A stretch of DNA of 64,000 nt from a virus (lineage: Duplodnaviria; Caudoviricetes): the IMG/VR virus record IMGVR_UViG_3300010352_000284, positions 16,443-80,442 of that record; one strand, written 5' to 3'. Within the stretch, counting starts at the first letter, position 1, and each line of letters begins with the position of its first letter. Under the pieces are notes generated by a model, which had not been told where the DNA came from, searched no databases, and saw nothing but the letters and a program-made list of their open reading frames with translations. This document shows, piece by piece, positions 1-10,052 of the stretch. Made by a program: the position numbers and the translations under genes.

Positions 1-1
1 T

Positions 2-493
2 GATTTTAGAATTAATGGGAGAACTGGAAGCTCTGGAAAATTTGAAATTGATTCGTATAACGCAGGTTCTTATGTAGATACTCCTGTGACAATTGGAAAA
101 TTATCAACAAGTAATATTGATATAACTAGAAATGTAAATCTTCCAGCAGCTAGGATGGGAGTATTCACGATTCCAAGTTATGATTATACTCTTGAACAGG
201 GTAAATATTATTATGTTATACCAAAGACTCAATCAACAACAGCTACAGGTACAATTTATTTACCAGCATCTCCAACAGCAGGATGTTCTTTTATGATAAT
301 GGGTACTAATGGTGGGAGTTCGGGAAATCCAAATACATGTAATGTTAATGGACATGGTAAATCAATTATAATTACAAATAATAATACTACATCTCAAGCA
401 CACGGCACGGTTAATGAAATTCAATTATTAATGAACATGATATTTGTATATGATGGAACATATTGGTATGTTTTCAAATCAATACCTGGATAA
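2..493 (+). CDS. C-terminal part of a tail-fibre-like virion protein (5' partial)
   Basis: Frame is open from position 2; the track's start at 86 is an internal GTG. T/N/G-rich, with a fibre-tip-like IYLPASPTAG motif. Confidence 0.5.
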   Translation, partial: DFRINGRTGSSGKFEIDSYNAGSYVDTPVTIGKLSTSNIDITRNVNLPAARMGVFTIPSYDYTLEQGKYYYVIPKTQSTTATGTIYLPASPTAGCSFMIMGTNGGSSGNPNTCNVNGHGKSIIITNNNTTSQAHGTVNEIQLLMNMIFVYDGTYWYVFKSIPG

Positions 494-494
494 T

Positions 495-1358
495 ATGGAT
501 TTTAACACAATAACATTAATACATAATCAGGAGAAGAATCTAGCTCAATTGTTAGATTCGTATTCCTCACAATCTATCAAACCAAACAATTTTATATTTG
601 TTCTTGATAGATGTACTGACGATTCTGAAAATATGATAAATGATTTTTCCAACAAGTATAACACAACTATAATTAAAAATGAAAATGGCTCGGATTTTAT
701 GGCTGGGTATTGTAGAGATTTGGCATATTCAACATTTAATAATCTCCCTGTAATTTTTCTTGATGGTGATTGTATTCCTTCTCCTGATTTATTTCATCAG
801 TTTGCTTTGGAATTTGAAAGAAACAAAAATGGCATAGTAATTGGAAGTAGAAGATTAGAAGATAATAATGGCCATATTGATGAAGATAGAAGAGTAATTA
901 TTCCTTGGGTAAAAGGACTTATATTTAATGATGATAAAAATTTGGATATAACGAATTTATTTTTCGCTAAGAATGGTCTATTGACGATTTCTTGTTGTCT
1001 TGGAATTACACCATCCTCGGCTAATATCATTTCAAACATTAATGAAAAGATAACTGGGAATAGAAGAATATTTTCAAGTTCGTTTGATGGTAGATATGGT
1101 GGAGAAGATGATGTTGTTGGTTTGATTGCAATGTTTTACAATATTCAAATTTCTTCAATAGCAACAAATCATCACGTTCTTCATAAATGGCATGAAAATC
1201 ACATGAAGGAAGAATTTCAAGACCGAATAAATATTGAATATGAAAAAATAAAAGAACAGGCAATTAAAGATAATGCTCCAGGACTATATAATAAAGACAT
1301 TGATTTTTCTGAATATGTACAGAATTTTGTTTTTTCTCAAATGATGAACAGTAAATAG
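495..1358 (+). CDS. Family 2 (GT-A) glycosyltransferase
   Basis: FVLDRCTDDS, DxD motif FLDGDC, GGEDD. Likely start ATG495, 1 nt after the upstream stop. Confidence 0.8.
   Translation: MDFNTITLIHNQEKNLAQLLDSYSSQSIKPNNFIFVLDRCTDDSENMINDFSNKYNTTIIKNENGSDFMAGYCRDLAYSTFNNLPVIFLDGDCIPSPDLFHQFALEFERNKNGIVIGSRRLEDNNGHIDEDRRVIIPWVKGLIFNDDKNLDITNLFFAKNGLLTISCCLGITPSSANIISNINEKITGNRRIFSSSFDGRYGGEDDVVGLIAMFYNIQISSIATNHHVLHKWHENHMKEEFQDRINIEYEKIKEQAIKDNAPGLYNKDIDFSEYVQNFVFSQMMNSK
1352..1357 (+). promoter_or_regulatory. T4-like late promoter (TAAATA)
   Basis: gTAAATAg 16 nt before the ATG at 1374; the same motif precedes many structural genes. Confidence 0.55.
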
Positions 1359-1373
1359 TTTTAGAGGACTTTT

Positions 1374-1916
1374 ATGACAGACCCAATTTCAAAAGCATTA
1401 AATACATCGTTTGAATCAGAAATGGCATCAGCTAATCTTGAAATTGAAAAGATTAATGAAGAGATAACTGCGCTTGAGAAGACTAATGAAAAAGTCAGAA
1501 CAAAAGCGTATCGAATGGAAGATAAAGAATATATTGAATTTGAGCTTAAATCATTAATAGCATCAAATCAAAACATTAAAGCTAGATTAGAAGATGAATT
1601 AATGAAACAAGGAACGAAAGCGTCAATGTTTGAAGTGTATACATTGATTTGTAATGCTATTCATAATGCTCTTAGAGAATTGAGACAGTTGAATAGAGAT
1701 GTTGTTGATGTCGCGATTGCTGAAAGAAGAATGGTTGTTAGAGAAACAGAAACAGGAGTCAACAAGAATTCGTTCAATGGTCCAGTCACAGTGAACAATT
1801 CCTACGTGCTGAATTCGAATGATCTTGAAAAAATGATCTCGGACGCTAGACAGAATTCCCAATTGAACGAGATTGAAGTTGATTTTGAATCTGATAGGAA
1901 GAACATCAAAGCATGA
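1374..1916 (+). CDS. Terminase small subunit, T4 gp16-like
   Basis: Helical; ASMFEVY..L and TVNNSYVLNSNDLEKMI resemble the PRAYEV / VTNN..VGST.EL motifs of T4-like small terminases. Confidence 0.55.
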   Translation: MTDPISKALNTSFESEMASANLEIEKINEEITALEKTNEKVRTKAYRMEDKEYIEFELKSLIASNQNIKARLEDELMKQGTKASMFEVYTLICNAIHNALRELRQLNRDVVDVAIAERRMVVRETETGVNKNSFNGPVTVNNSYVLNSNDLEKMISDARQNSQLNEIEVDFESDRKNIKA

Positions 1917-2608
1917 ATTACGATGAATGGAGCGCATTACCAAACAATTTCTTCGTCAAATGTACTTCTGCGTATGATAATGAGAGGGAATTGTATGATG
2001 TGTTAGAAATGGAAGCATACAATCACGCAGCAGTTCCAATGAGATATTATGTTACTTCAATTTCGGCGGATACTTTGTATGGTGAAGATAATGCTAGAAC
2101 AATAACAAGAGCTTTTGATTATAATGCTCACTATGAATTGCCGAAAGAAGAGAAAACATATTCTTCTCTTGGTACTGTTGTAATTGATAATTTCCCAATC
2201 TATATCAACATGCTCCATTTTGCTGAAGCATCTAAATATGATTCTTTTGGAAATTCGGCAACATATCCTAGTTATGAACCGAAGATTGGTGATTTCGTGT
2301 ATGCTAGATATAATGACAAATTCTATTCAATCAACATGGTCAAACAAGAAGATGAAATATTCCTTCAAGGAAAACATACATGGACATTACATCTGATTGA
2401 AATGAAGAATAATGGGTATCTATTTGGGTCTGAGATAATTTCTGCTGGGGATTATATTACAACATCGGCATCTGGTATTGACGGGGTCGACATTTATGGA
2501 TTGAATGATGTGATTGATGAAGAGAAGGTTAATGTTTTGTATGAACCAGAAGTGACCGAATGCCCTCCCAATGACCCAGGAAATGATTGGTGGAGTGACA
2601 GGCTTTAG
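1913..2608 (+). CDS. Neck/head completion protein, T4 gp14-like
   Basis: DTLYGED..RAF motif, PKIGDFVY; position before gp15. Confidence 0.6.
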   Translation: MNYDEWSALPNNFFVKCTSAYDNERELYDVLEMEAYNHAAVPMRYYVTSISADTLYGEDNARTITRAFDYNAHYELPKEEKTYSSLGTVVIDNFPIYINMLHFAEASKYDSFGNSATYPSYEPKIGDFVYARYNDKFYSINMVKQEDEIFLQGKHTWTLHLIEMKNNGYLFGSEIISAGDYITTSASGIDGVDIYGLNDVIDEEKVNVLYEPEVTECPPNDPGNDWWSDRL

Positions 2609-2668
2609 TTGATGTCTAACGCTATTCTATTAAACATTCTTAATATGTTTTAATGAATTGTTAGTCGC

Positions 2669-2675
2669 ATAAATA
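2669..2675 (+). promoter_or_regulatory. T4-like late promoter (ATAAATA)
   Basis: Directly upstream of ATG2681. Confidence 0.55.
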
Positions 2676-2680
2676 CTAAT

Positions 2681-2908
2681 ATGAATATAAAATCAGTTCT
2701 TTATTTCCTTGAGTCTTCCTTTTCACGTGACGATTCTTTCATAGAGGAATTAAAATCTGAGATTGATACAGATTATAACAAGCTTGGAGAATTTATAACA
2801 TCCGAATTCTCAAGTATTAACATTTCTGACCTTGAAAAATACGAATCACAAATAGTAAAGCTTCGTCACATTCGTTCGCAGCTTAGAAAGATTTTAGAGG
2901 ACATTTAA
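2681..2908 (+). CDS. Hypothetical acidic protein
   Basis: 75-aa ORF behind a late promoter; TAATG overlap with gp15. Confidence 0.6.
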   Translation: MNIKSVLYFLESSFSRDDSFIEELKSEIDTDYNKLGEFITSEFSSINISDLEKYESQIVKLRHIRSQLRKILEDI

Positions 2909-3690
2909 TGCTTCAAGAATATTACTTCAAAGACGAAACTAGAAATGTCACAATCGCATTTTTAGATATGTTCAATGCTATCAAAGTTTATAGAAAAGAT
3001 AAAACAGGAACCATCATCAAAGTTATAGATGTTCCTGTGAAATTTGGCCCTGCTGAAAAATATTATCTATTCCAAGCACAGAGAGAATCCGGGAAGAAAT
3101 ATTATCCAACACTTCCAAGCATCCAAGTCGAACTCACTTCACTTTCATATGATTCTGACCGAGCTACCGGTGTGAATGAACTCAGGCAATTTTACGATCC
3201 AATCCTTCTGTCTGCGGCTGATGATTTTTGGTCCGATGTTCAACCAACTCCATACAATTTCAATTTCACGGTCCAAATCAAAACAGAATCAATCTCAGAT
3301 TTTTCTCAGATCATTGAAAACATCCTCCCTGGCTTCAATCCTTCACTTCAACTCAGAGTGAAAGAATTCAATTTCCTCAACATCGAACGAAATCTAAAAG
3401 TGATTCATTCCGGAGATGTTCCATTAGACTATCCTCAAGAAATGGGTGAAGAAGACCATCGTTACATCAACTCAAACCTAAATTTCACAGTCCATGGTTA
3501 TCTATATCGTCCAGTTTCTAAAGACTATATTATCAAATTCATTCATACAAACTATTTCTATAATAACGATACAATTAATAAAGAAACATACTCAACATCA
3601 GGAATGGATATCTCTGCCGCACCTCCAGAAAATTACCTATACAGTGAGTTGATTGACGGCAGAAAAAAATATGTCTCGGTTGAAGGGTAA
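2908..3690 (+). CDS. Tail sheath stabiliser/terminator, T4 gp15-like
   Basis: YF..ETR...AF.DMFN, VPVKFGP, LP.I..E.TSL.YD, PTPYNFNF, QIIENILPGFNP. Confidence 0.85.
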   Translation: MLQEYYFKDETRNVTIAFLDMFNAIKVYRKDKTGTIIKVIDVPVKFGPAEKYYLFQAQRESGKKYYPTLPSIQVELTSLSYDSDRATGVNELRQFYDPILLSAADDFWSDVQPTPYNFNFTVQIKTESISDFSQIIENILPGFNPSLQLRVKEFNFLNIERNLKVIHSGDVPLDYPQEMGEEDHRYINSNLNFTVHGYLYRPVSKDYIIKFIHTNYFYNNDTINKETYSTSGMDISAAPPENYLYSELIDGRKKYVSVEG

Positions 3691-3696
3691 TAAATA
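3690..3696 (+). promoter_or_regulatory. T4-like late promoter (ATAAATA)
   Basis: Directly upstream of ATG3702. Confidence 0.55.
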
Positions 3697-3701
3697 TTAA
3701 T

Positions 3702-4016
3702 ATGAGATTTAGAGAATATTACCAAGCGTCCATCCGGCAAACCAAACTTGATATTTTTGAACAAGTGTTTGATAAGTATTACACAAAAGGCTTCTACGGC
3801 TCATTACCAGAAACCGTGATAAAGAAACAACAAAAATCATGGTTCGAAAAATTCCTCATCATTCTTGAAAACAAAGACTCTGACGAAATCTTGTTCCACC
3901 TAGAAGACAGGCAAAACGTCGTCACAAGAGAATGGTTTTCCAGATTGTATGAAACTGATATTGTCGAAAAATCTAAAAAAGAAATTGAAGAAGTCCTGAA
4001 AACGAAGATTAAATGA
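3702..4016 (+). CDS. Hypothetical protein with a capsid-targeting-like N-terminus (MRFREYY)
   Basis: 104-aa ORF with a late promoter. Confidence 0.6.
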   Translation: MRFREYYQASIRQTKLDIFEQVFDKYYTKGFYGSLPETVIKKQQKSWFEKFLIILENKDSDEILFHLEDRQNVVTREWFSRLYETDIVEKSKKEIEEVLKTKIK

Positions 4017-4600
4017 ATGTCTATGAATACATTAACAAAATCTCACCATTCAGTCTAGCCGAGTTAGAAACAAAAACAAGTTACCCCGGCAGAATCCATT
4101 ATTGTAAATCCCGTCTCGAAACTCTAGCCCATGGTTCCGCAAGAGTCGTGTTCGTGCTTGGTGAAAACGTGATCAAAGTGGCAAAGAATGAAAAAGGGTT
4201 CGAACAAAATCTCATCGAATCCATCATCTCAGAATCAAACACCCACAACGTCGCAACTCTTGTAAAATCAGGGAATGGCATCTATAACGTGTTCAAAAAA
4301 GCATCAATGATAGATTTACCAATGTTTGAACAATTCACAAATATCAAAATGTGCGACTTACATACCTATCTTAAATATGAAAAAGATAAGAAAAAATATA
4401 ATATCAAACACGACTACTATAAAGAAAAAATAATAAATGAAAATGAATTCGTCGGAACTCTGTGTGGATTGATTCGAGATTATGACCTGTCCGTTGGCGA
4501 CCTTATACGAATTTCAAGCTGGGGAATCTATGAAAATGAAGCAGTCCTGATCGATTTCGGGCTGACCTCCACTATATATAAGAAATACTATAAAGGTTGA
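4013..4600 (+). CDS. Atypical protein-kinase-like protein
   Basis: Gly-loop AHGSARVVF, VIKVAK, alphaC Glu (NLIE), catalytic-loop-like GDLIRISSWG, LIDFG. Confidence 0.7.
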   Translation: MNVYEYINKISPFSLAELETKTSYPGRIHYCKSRLETLAHGSARVVFVLGENVIKVAKNEKGFEQNLIESIISESNTHNVATLVKSGNGIYNVFKKASMIDLPMFEQFTNIKMCDLHTYLKYEKDKKKYNIKHDYYKEKIINENEFVGTLCGLIRDYDLSVGDLIRISSWGIYENEAVLIDFGLTSTIYKKYYKG

Positions 4601-4604
4601 ACGC

Positions 4605-5381
4605 ATGAAATATTATATATACAAAACAACAAACTTAATAAATGGAAAGATTTATATTGGCTTACACAAATCAGAAAATATTGAGACTGACAAATATATA
4701 GGAACTGGTTGGGCTTTTACAGACGCGGTTAATAAATATGGCCGCGAAAACTTTAAGAGGGAAATACTATTCGAATTTGATACTCTTGAAGAAGCTAATG
4801 CGAAAGAATATGAATTAGTAAATGAAGAGTTTGTAAATAGAGACGATAACTATAATTTGCGGACTGGTGGAAATGTTGGAACCATGTCGGACGAAACAAA
4901 GAAACGATTGTCGGAAGCATTGAAAAATTCAGAAGTTCGCAAAGAAATGATGGCGGATCCTGAATATAGAAAACGTATTTCGGAACGACAGAAAGGGAAG
5001 TCGCATCCGTGGCAAGATAAAATTAATAAAAATCCAGAAAAGATAAGAAAAATGGCTGAGAAACATCGTGGAATGAAACGGTCAGAGGAAACATGTAAAC
5101 GAGTTTCAGAATCATTAAAAGGTAAGAAAAAAGGAACAGAAAGTAATTCGTTCAAAGGATATTGGGTAACTCCTTGGGGGAAATTTGACTCTTTGGAAGC
5201 GGCAGCAACAAAATTAGGAAACGGTTTTATAACTATACGAGACAGATGTTTAGCCAAAAATAACAATAAAGTAAATTCGTTTTCAGTTAACCATGATTCA
5301 AAATTAAACAAAACAATGATTGGAAAAACTTGGGCTGAACTTGGCTGGGGATTTGAACCAATGGAGAAGAAAAATGTTTGA
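4605..5381 (+). mobile_element. Free-standing GIY-YIG homing endonuclease with NUMOD3-like repeats
   Basis: YYIYKTTNLINGKIYIG..S, ENFKREIL, YN GIY-YIG signature; SDETKKRLSE and SEETCKRVSESLKG repeats. Confidence 0.85.
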
Positions 5382-6969
5382 TGGGAATAAACAATTACGA
5401 GCTGAAGGTGAAGCTTATGAATATAGTCAGGAAATGATTAATGAAGTTGTTAGATGTTCTGAAGATATTTTATATTTCGCATCCAGATATTTTTACATTC
5501 AGAATCTGGATGATGGTAAAATCAAAATACCGCTTTGGGAGTTTCAGAAGAAATTACTTAAAGTTATGACAAGCCCGCCCGATAATAAACGGCACGTTGT
5601 TGTTCTGTCAGCTCGTCAAATGTCAAAAACTACAGTATCTACAATTTTTATTCTTCATGAAATGTTGTTTAAGAAGGACTATAATATTTCAATTTTAGCA
5701 AATAATGAAAAAACTGCTAAAGGAATTTTATCAAGAATACAAATGGCGTATGCGATGCTTCCATTATGGCTTCAAAGAGGAGTTAAAGAATGGAATAAAA
5801 ACTCAGTAATTTTGGAAAATAGTGTTCGTGTATTTGCTGCTTCTACATCATCAAACTCCTCCAGGGGCGAGTCATGTAATTTGCTTTTTTTAGATGAATG
5901 CGCGTTTGTGTATGACCACATTTGGGAGGATTTTTATGCTTCTGTTATGCCGACAATTTCATCAGGCAAGACTTCGAAAATTATCATGGTATCTACACCT
6001 AATGGATTGAATCACTTTTACAACATTTACAAAAAGGCGGTTCTTGGTGAGTCTGATTTTTATGCTGTGAAGATTCCGTGGTATTATCATCCAGATCGAG
6101 ATGATGCTTGGAAGGATTCGATGATACGTAACACTTCGAAGCAGCAATTTGCTCAGGAGTTTGATTGTCAGTTTCTTGGGAGTTCAAACACGTTGATTCT
6201 TCCTGAAAAGCTTGAAACACTTATACCGAGAGAGCCGGACGACATTACAAAGTATTCGGGTGCTTTTCAGATTTACGAACATCCGAAAGAGGAATGTCAG
6301 TATGTGATTGGTGTTGACCCGAGTAAGGGAACTGGTTCGGACTACACGGTTATACAGGTATTGAAGCTTAACTCTGAGAACAATGTTGAGCAGGTAGCGG
6401 TATATCGTTCAAACTATACTAAGATTGAATTGATGCCGGATATTATAATGGGGATTTCACAATATTACAACAATTGTCAGGCGATGGTTGAGAGTAATGA
6501 CGTTGGTGAAGTTCTTTGTCGTGATTTATGGAACAAGTATAATTTTGATGGATTGTGTAATATAGATAAAGGGAAGCTTGGAATTAGATCGACCCGAAAA
6601 TCAAAGTTAGAGGGTAATTTATTATTAAAGCAGTATATTGACAATGGTTGGTTAGAAATTCATGACAAGCGGACGATATATGAGCTTTCTCGGTATGTTG
6701 AAGTTTCTCCGGATGTTTACCATGCTGAGGGGCAGAATGAAAATGATGATTGTGTGACTTCATTAATTTGGGCATTGTATTATTTGAAAACGGATTATTA
6801 TGACAGTGGTGCTACTTCGAAAGATGGTGGAAGTGTTGATTTTTCGTCATTTGCTATTCTTGATGGGAGTATAGTTGGGAATGGTTTTGGTGATTCGTCT
6901 ATCTATGAAAGTCCATTTGGAAATTCGGGATATGATGGGAATTTTTATCCAGGAAGTAATTTTTTCTAA
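5374..6969 (+). CDS. terL: Terminase large subunit, T4 gp17-like (531 aa)
   Basis: Walker A ARQMSKT, Walker B LLFLDE, STPNG, nuclease IGVDPSKG and DDCVTSL. Start ATG5374 with SD GGAG at 5363. Confidence 0.95.
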   Translation: MFDGNKQLRAEGEAYEYSQEMINEVVRCSEDILYFASRYFYIQNLDDGKIKIPLWEFQKKLLKVMTSPPDNKRHVVVLSARQMSKTTVSTIFILHEMLFKKDYNISILANNEKTAKGILSRIQMAYAMLPLWLQRGVKEWNKNSVILENSVRVFAASTSSNSSRGESCNLLFLDECAFVYDHIWEDFYASVMPTISSGKTSKIIMVSTPNGLNHFYNIYKKAVLGESDFYAVKIPWYYHPDRDDAWKDSMIRNTSKQQFAQEFDCQFLGSSNTLILPEKLETLIPREPDDITKYSGAFQIYEHPKEECQYVIGVDPSKGTGSDYTVIQVLKLNSENNVEQVAVYRSNYTKIELMPDIIMGISQYYNNCQAMVESNDVGEVLCRDLWNKYNFDGLCNIDKGKLGIRSTRKSKLEGNLLLKQYIDNGWLEIHDKRTIYELSRYVEVSPDVYHAEGQNENDDCVTSLIWALYYLKTDYYDSGATSKDGGSVDFSSFAILDGSIVGNGFGDSSIYESPFGNSGYDGNFYPGSNFF

Positions 6970-6972
6970 ATG

Positions 6973-6979
6973 ATAAATA
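6973..6979 (+). promoter_or_regulatory. T4-like late promoter (ATAAATA)
   Basis: Upstream of the sheath SD AAGGAG and ATG7007. Confidence 0.6.
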
Positions 6980-7006
6980 GTTTTAGATATAAGGAGAAAA
7001 TGACAC

Positions 7007-8752
7007 ATGGCATTAAATAGACTTCCTGGTATAGTGACCACTGAAGTAGACAATTCACAGGTTAATATTGTTGATAATACTACCGTGGTTGCTACTGTTG
7101 GTCTTGCCAGAAAAGGTATAGTTAATAGTAAAGTTCTTGTTTCGTCTGAACAGGACTTAATCACAAAATTTGGGGCTCCTCTAGTTTCTGGTGGAGTTCC
7201 TGGGACGCAGACGATTGATTATGGCATTTATGCGGCTCGTGAAGCATTGAAGGAATCCAACAATGTTTATTTCGTCCGTCTAACAAATGGAACAGAGGTT
7301 TACGCTGGTGTTGGATTGTCAGGCACCATTTCTGCTAGTTCTGTTTCACTTCCTGTCACTGCTACGGCGACTTCAGGAGTGACTTCAAATTATCCTGATG
7401 GTTATTCAGCAAATGATATTGGTGATTTTTCTTCCAACCCAACATCTGTTTTGGATGTTCATGCTATTGCTCCAGGTATTTGGGGAAATGATATTGCTAT
7501 TTCGGTTATCACTCCATCTCAGTCTGGCACAAATGGATTGGTTGATTGGAAATATAAGTATGATGACAACACTTCTGCGGCAAATGCTAAGTGGCGTTCA
7601 ATTTTCAAGCTCAATGTTTATGTGAAGAAGCCTACGGATACATTTGCGAACATTTGGTCTTCAATTTCTGCCACTCCTGATGAATCTTTCTATGTTTCTA
7701 ATGATTATGCTATTTTGGATAATTCTGGAAACACGATGTTTGTTGATGAAGTTGTTAATGGAAATTCTAACTACATTTATGTTAGGTCAAACACAGTAAT
7801 GCCCGGATATACTTCAACATATTTCCAGCTTGCGGGCGGTGTTGATACTAATTTCGCAACAGTTTCAACCGCGAGTTATCAGGCTGGTTGGGCATTTTTC
7901 TCAAACAAGTCTTCTGAAGCAATTGATTTGTTCAGCGTCACTCCGGTAAATGGAAATGCTTCAACAAACTTGGTTGATACAGGTTTTGCTTCAACTGTTG
8001 ACGGTGTTGTTGGAAAGAGGCTTGACGTTTTCGCAGTGACTAATGTTGGAAAAATTTCTGACAAGAACAAGACCCAAGTGATTGCGGCTGACTTTGCTGG
8101 CCCAGGTTCAGGAACGGTTTCAAATCCTTCCTATTGGGGCAAGTATGTTGGTTGGCAGCAGATTCTTGACCCATACAATTCTGTTCGTGTCTGGCTTCCA
8201 AACTCGGTTTTCGCAGTTGAAGCGATGGCTCGTGTTGACAGAGTTGCGAATCGTTGGGAAACTCCTGCGGGCATCGATTTTGGTGGAGTTCCTGCGGCGA
8301 AGCAAAATCTAGCTCTTTCTGATGCTGACATGGGAGATTTGTACGAAAACTACAACATCAACTCTGTCAAGCGGATCGGCGGCGTTCAGTACATTTGGGG
8401 TCAGAAGACTGCTCAATTGAAGAACACTGCTAGAGACAGAATAAATGTTCGTCGGATGCTATTGTATGTTGAGCGGAATGTTGAGAATATTCTTGCTGGA
8501 TTCTTGTTCAAAGGAAATTCTGACAAGTCCAGAGAGCGCATTTCAAGTTTGATTAACACTTTTATGGCTTCTGTAAAGACTGGTGAAGGTGTTCAGAGTT
8601 ATCGGGTTGTTTGTGATGGAACTAACAACACAGCTACCACAATCGCTCAGAATATCTTGAATGTCGATCTTTATATTCAACCAACATACGCGATTGAATA
8701 TATTAATTTGAAGGTTGTTATCACTGCCGACTCTGTATCGGTGGCTGAATAA
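7007..8752 (+). CDS. Contractile tail sheath, gp18-like
   Basis: PGIVTTEVD, W.TPAG, INSV, WGQKT, DRINVRRMLLYVE, YRVVCDGTNNT, IEYINL. Confidence 0.95.
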   Translation: MALNRLPGIVTTEVDNSQVNIVDNTTVVATVGLARKGIVNSKVLVSSEQDLITKFGAPLVSGGVPGTQTIDYGIYAAREALKESNNVYFVRLTNGTEVYAGVGLSGTISASSVSLPVTATATSGVTSNYPDGYSANDIGDFSSNPTSVLDVHAIAPGIWGNDIAISVITPSQSGTNGLVDWKYKYDDNTSAANAKWRSIFKLNVYVKKPTDTFANIWSSISATPDESFYVSNDYAILDNSGNTMFVDEVVNGNSNYIYVRSNTVMPGYTSTYFQLAGGVDTNFATVSTASYQAGWAFFSNKSSEAIDLFSVTPVNGNASTNLVDTGFASTVDGVVGKRLDVFAVTNVGKISDKNKTQVIAADFAGPGSGTVSNPSYWGKYVGWQQILDPYNSVRVWLPNSVFAVEAMARVDRVANRWETPAGIDFGGVPAAKQNLALSDADMGDLYENYNINSVKRIGGVQYIWGQKTAQLKNTARDRINVRRMLLYVERNVENILAGFLFKGNSDKSRERISSLINTFMASVKTGEGVQSYRVVCDGTNNTATTIAQNILNVDLYIQPTYAIEYINLKVVITADSVSVAE

Positions 8753-8762
8753 GGAGTAAAAA

Positions 8763-9422
8763 ATGGCAGACAAAGGACAAATGTATATAGAAGGACGGAA
8801 GATTAAGAATTTCGCGGATATTCAGCGTTCATTCTTATTTGAAGTTGAGATTGTGAATTTCACAAGTAAGCGGATTCCAGGAATGGAAGGTACCGCTCTT
8901 GGAACTAATTGGGAAAATGAAGATATTACTCTTCGGGCACGGACTTGTTCCCTACCATCTCGCGGAACTGATGCCATCGAATCAAACTTCGGTGCTATGA
9001 AACAGTTCTTCCCAGGAAAGCCAACATTTGAGAACACCACTCAGATAACTTTTGAGGAAACGGAATCTCAGGGTGTTGGAATTTTCCTTTACAATTGGGC
9101 ACAGATGATTTTTGACATCACCAAGGGGCACTCCAATTCTTCAAAGAAACGTGGCGCGGCGTTGACAGATGCTTACGTGGACATGATTAAAGTAACTCCA
9201 ATTCGTTATAATGGAGAGCCGTTCAAAAATTCTGTATACTTCTACAATTGCTGGCTACAGAATGTTGATTCTGTTTCTCTTGATTACACTACAAGCGAAT
9301 CTGTAAAATATAATGCTACATTCCAATTTGACTTCTGGCTTCTTGGCGAAACAAGCAAGAATCCGGCAATTGGTGAAGCTGGTCAAAAGCTCACACTCAA
9401 TGTTTCGGAGAATGCGAGCTAA
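8763..9422 (+). CDS. Tail tube protein, gp19-like
   Basis: Follows sheath; F.FEV, CSLPSR, ITF.E, YNCW...V..V.LDY, ATFQFD. Confidence 0.85.
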   Translation: MADKGQMYIEGRKIKNFADIQRSFLFEVEIVNFTSKRIPGMEGTALGTNWENEDITLRARTCSLPSRGTDAIESNFGAMKQFFPGKPTFENTTQITFEETESQGVGIFLYNWAQMIFDITKGHSNSSKKRGAALTDAYVDMIKVTPIRYNGEPFKNSVYFYNCWLQNVDSVSLDYTTSESVKYNATFQFDFWLLGETSKNPAIGEAGQKLTLNVSENAS

Positions 9423-9426
9423 GTAA

Positions 9427-10038
9427 ATGGGAAGTGCTGATGATAATCTTTTTTTGAGCGACGGCGGATCCTTGACAACGAGGACCGCCAACTTCTTCGA
9501 ACGAAAATCAATCCAACGTTCTTATAATTTCATGGTTTATTTTGACGAATCTGGGCTTGATACTGGATTAGCCAAAACTGATAGAACTGGAGTTTTTAGT
9601 GACATGGATGCTTTTCACGCTATTTCAGTTGAGCTTCCTAATTATGGATTTAAGAGAGAAGAAATGAATTATGGTCCATTCTTCAAGAAATTCCCGGTTC
9701 TTGACCATGATGGGTTTGAATTCACAATAAAGTTTGAGGAAGATGACGAAGGACGGGTGAAGAACATGATTCATAAGCTCGTCCGTCGTAATATTAGAAG
9801 TGATGGATATTTGAAACCTTATAGCGAAACGGTGATTCCGAATATTGTTGTGAGCACATATAGACCAGATGGAAAGAATGTTAACAAGACATATTTCAAG
9901 AACTGTTTTTATATGAAATCGTCCACTCCATCGTTTTCTTATGAGGATGGTAAGCAAATATTTTATGATGTAACGTTCAACGCCGACCACTATATATTTG
10001 TAGAGCATCAAGGCGCAGTGAATCAAACTGGTCGATAA
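9427..10038 (+). CDS. Tube-fold protein (gp19/gp54-like paralog)
   Basis: ISVELPNY, FTIKFEED, FKNCF...S...FSYE, VTFNADHY. Confidence 0.65.
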   Translation: MGSADDNLFLSDGGSLTTRTANFFERKSIQRSYNFMVYFDESGLDTGLAKTDRTGVFSDMDAFHAISVELPNYGFKREEMNYGPFFKKFPVLDHDGFEFTIKFEEDDEGRVKNMIHKLVRRNIRSDGYLKPYSETVIPNIVVSTYRPDGKNVNKTYFKNCFYMKSSTPSFSYEDGKQIFYDVTFNADHYIFVEHQGAVNQTGR

Positions 10039-10052
10039 ACGAAAGGTAAAAC

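Noticed and set aside
2626-2655. AT-rich hairpin between gp14 and the 2681 ORF
   Set aside because: Weak all-AT stem without a clear U-tract; expected by chance.
5374-6969. Intein or intron in terL
   Set aside because: 531 aa with contiguous ATPase and nuclease motifs; the endonuclease is a separate upstream ORF.
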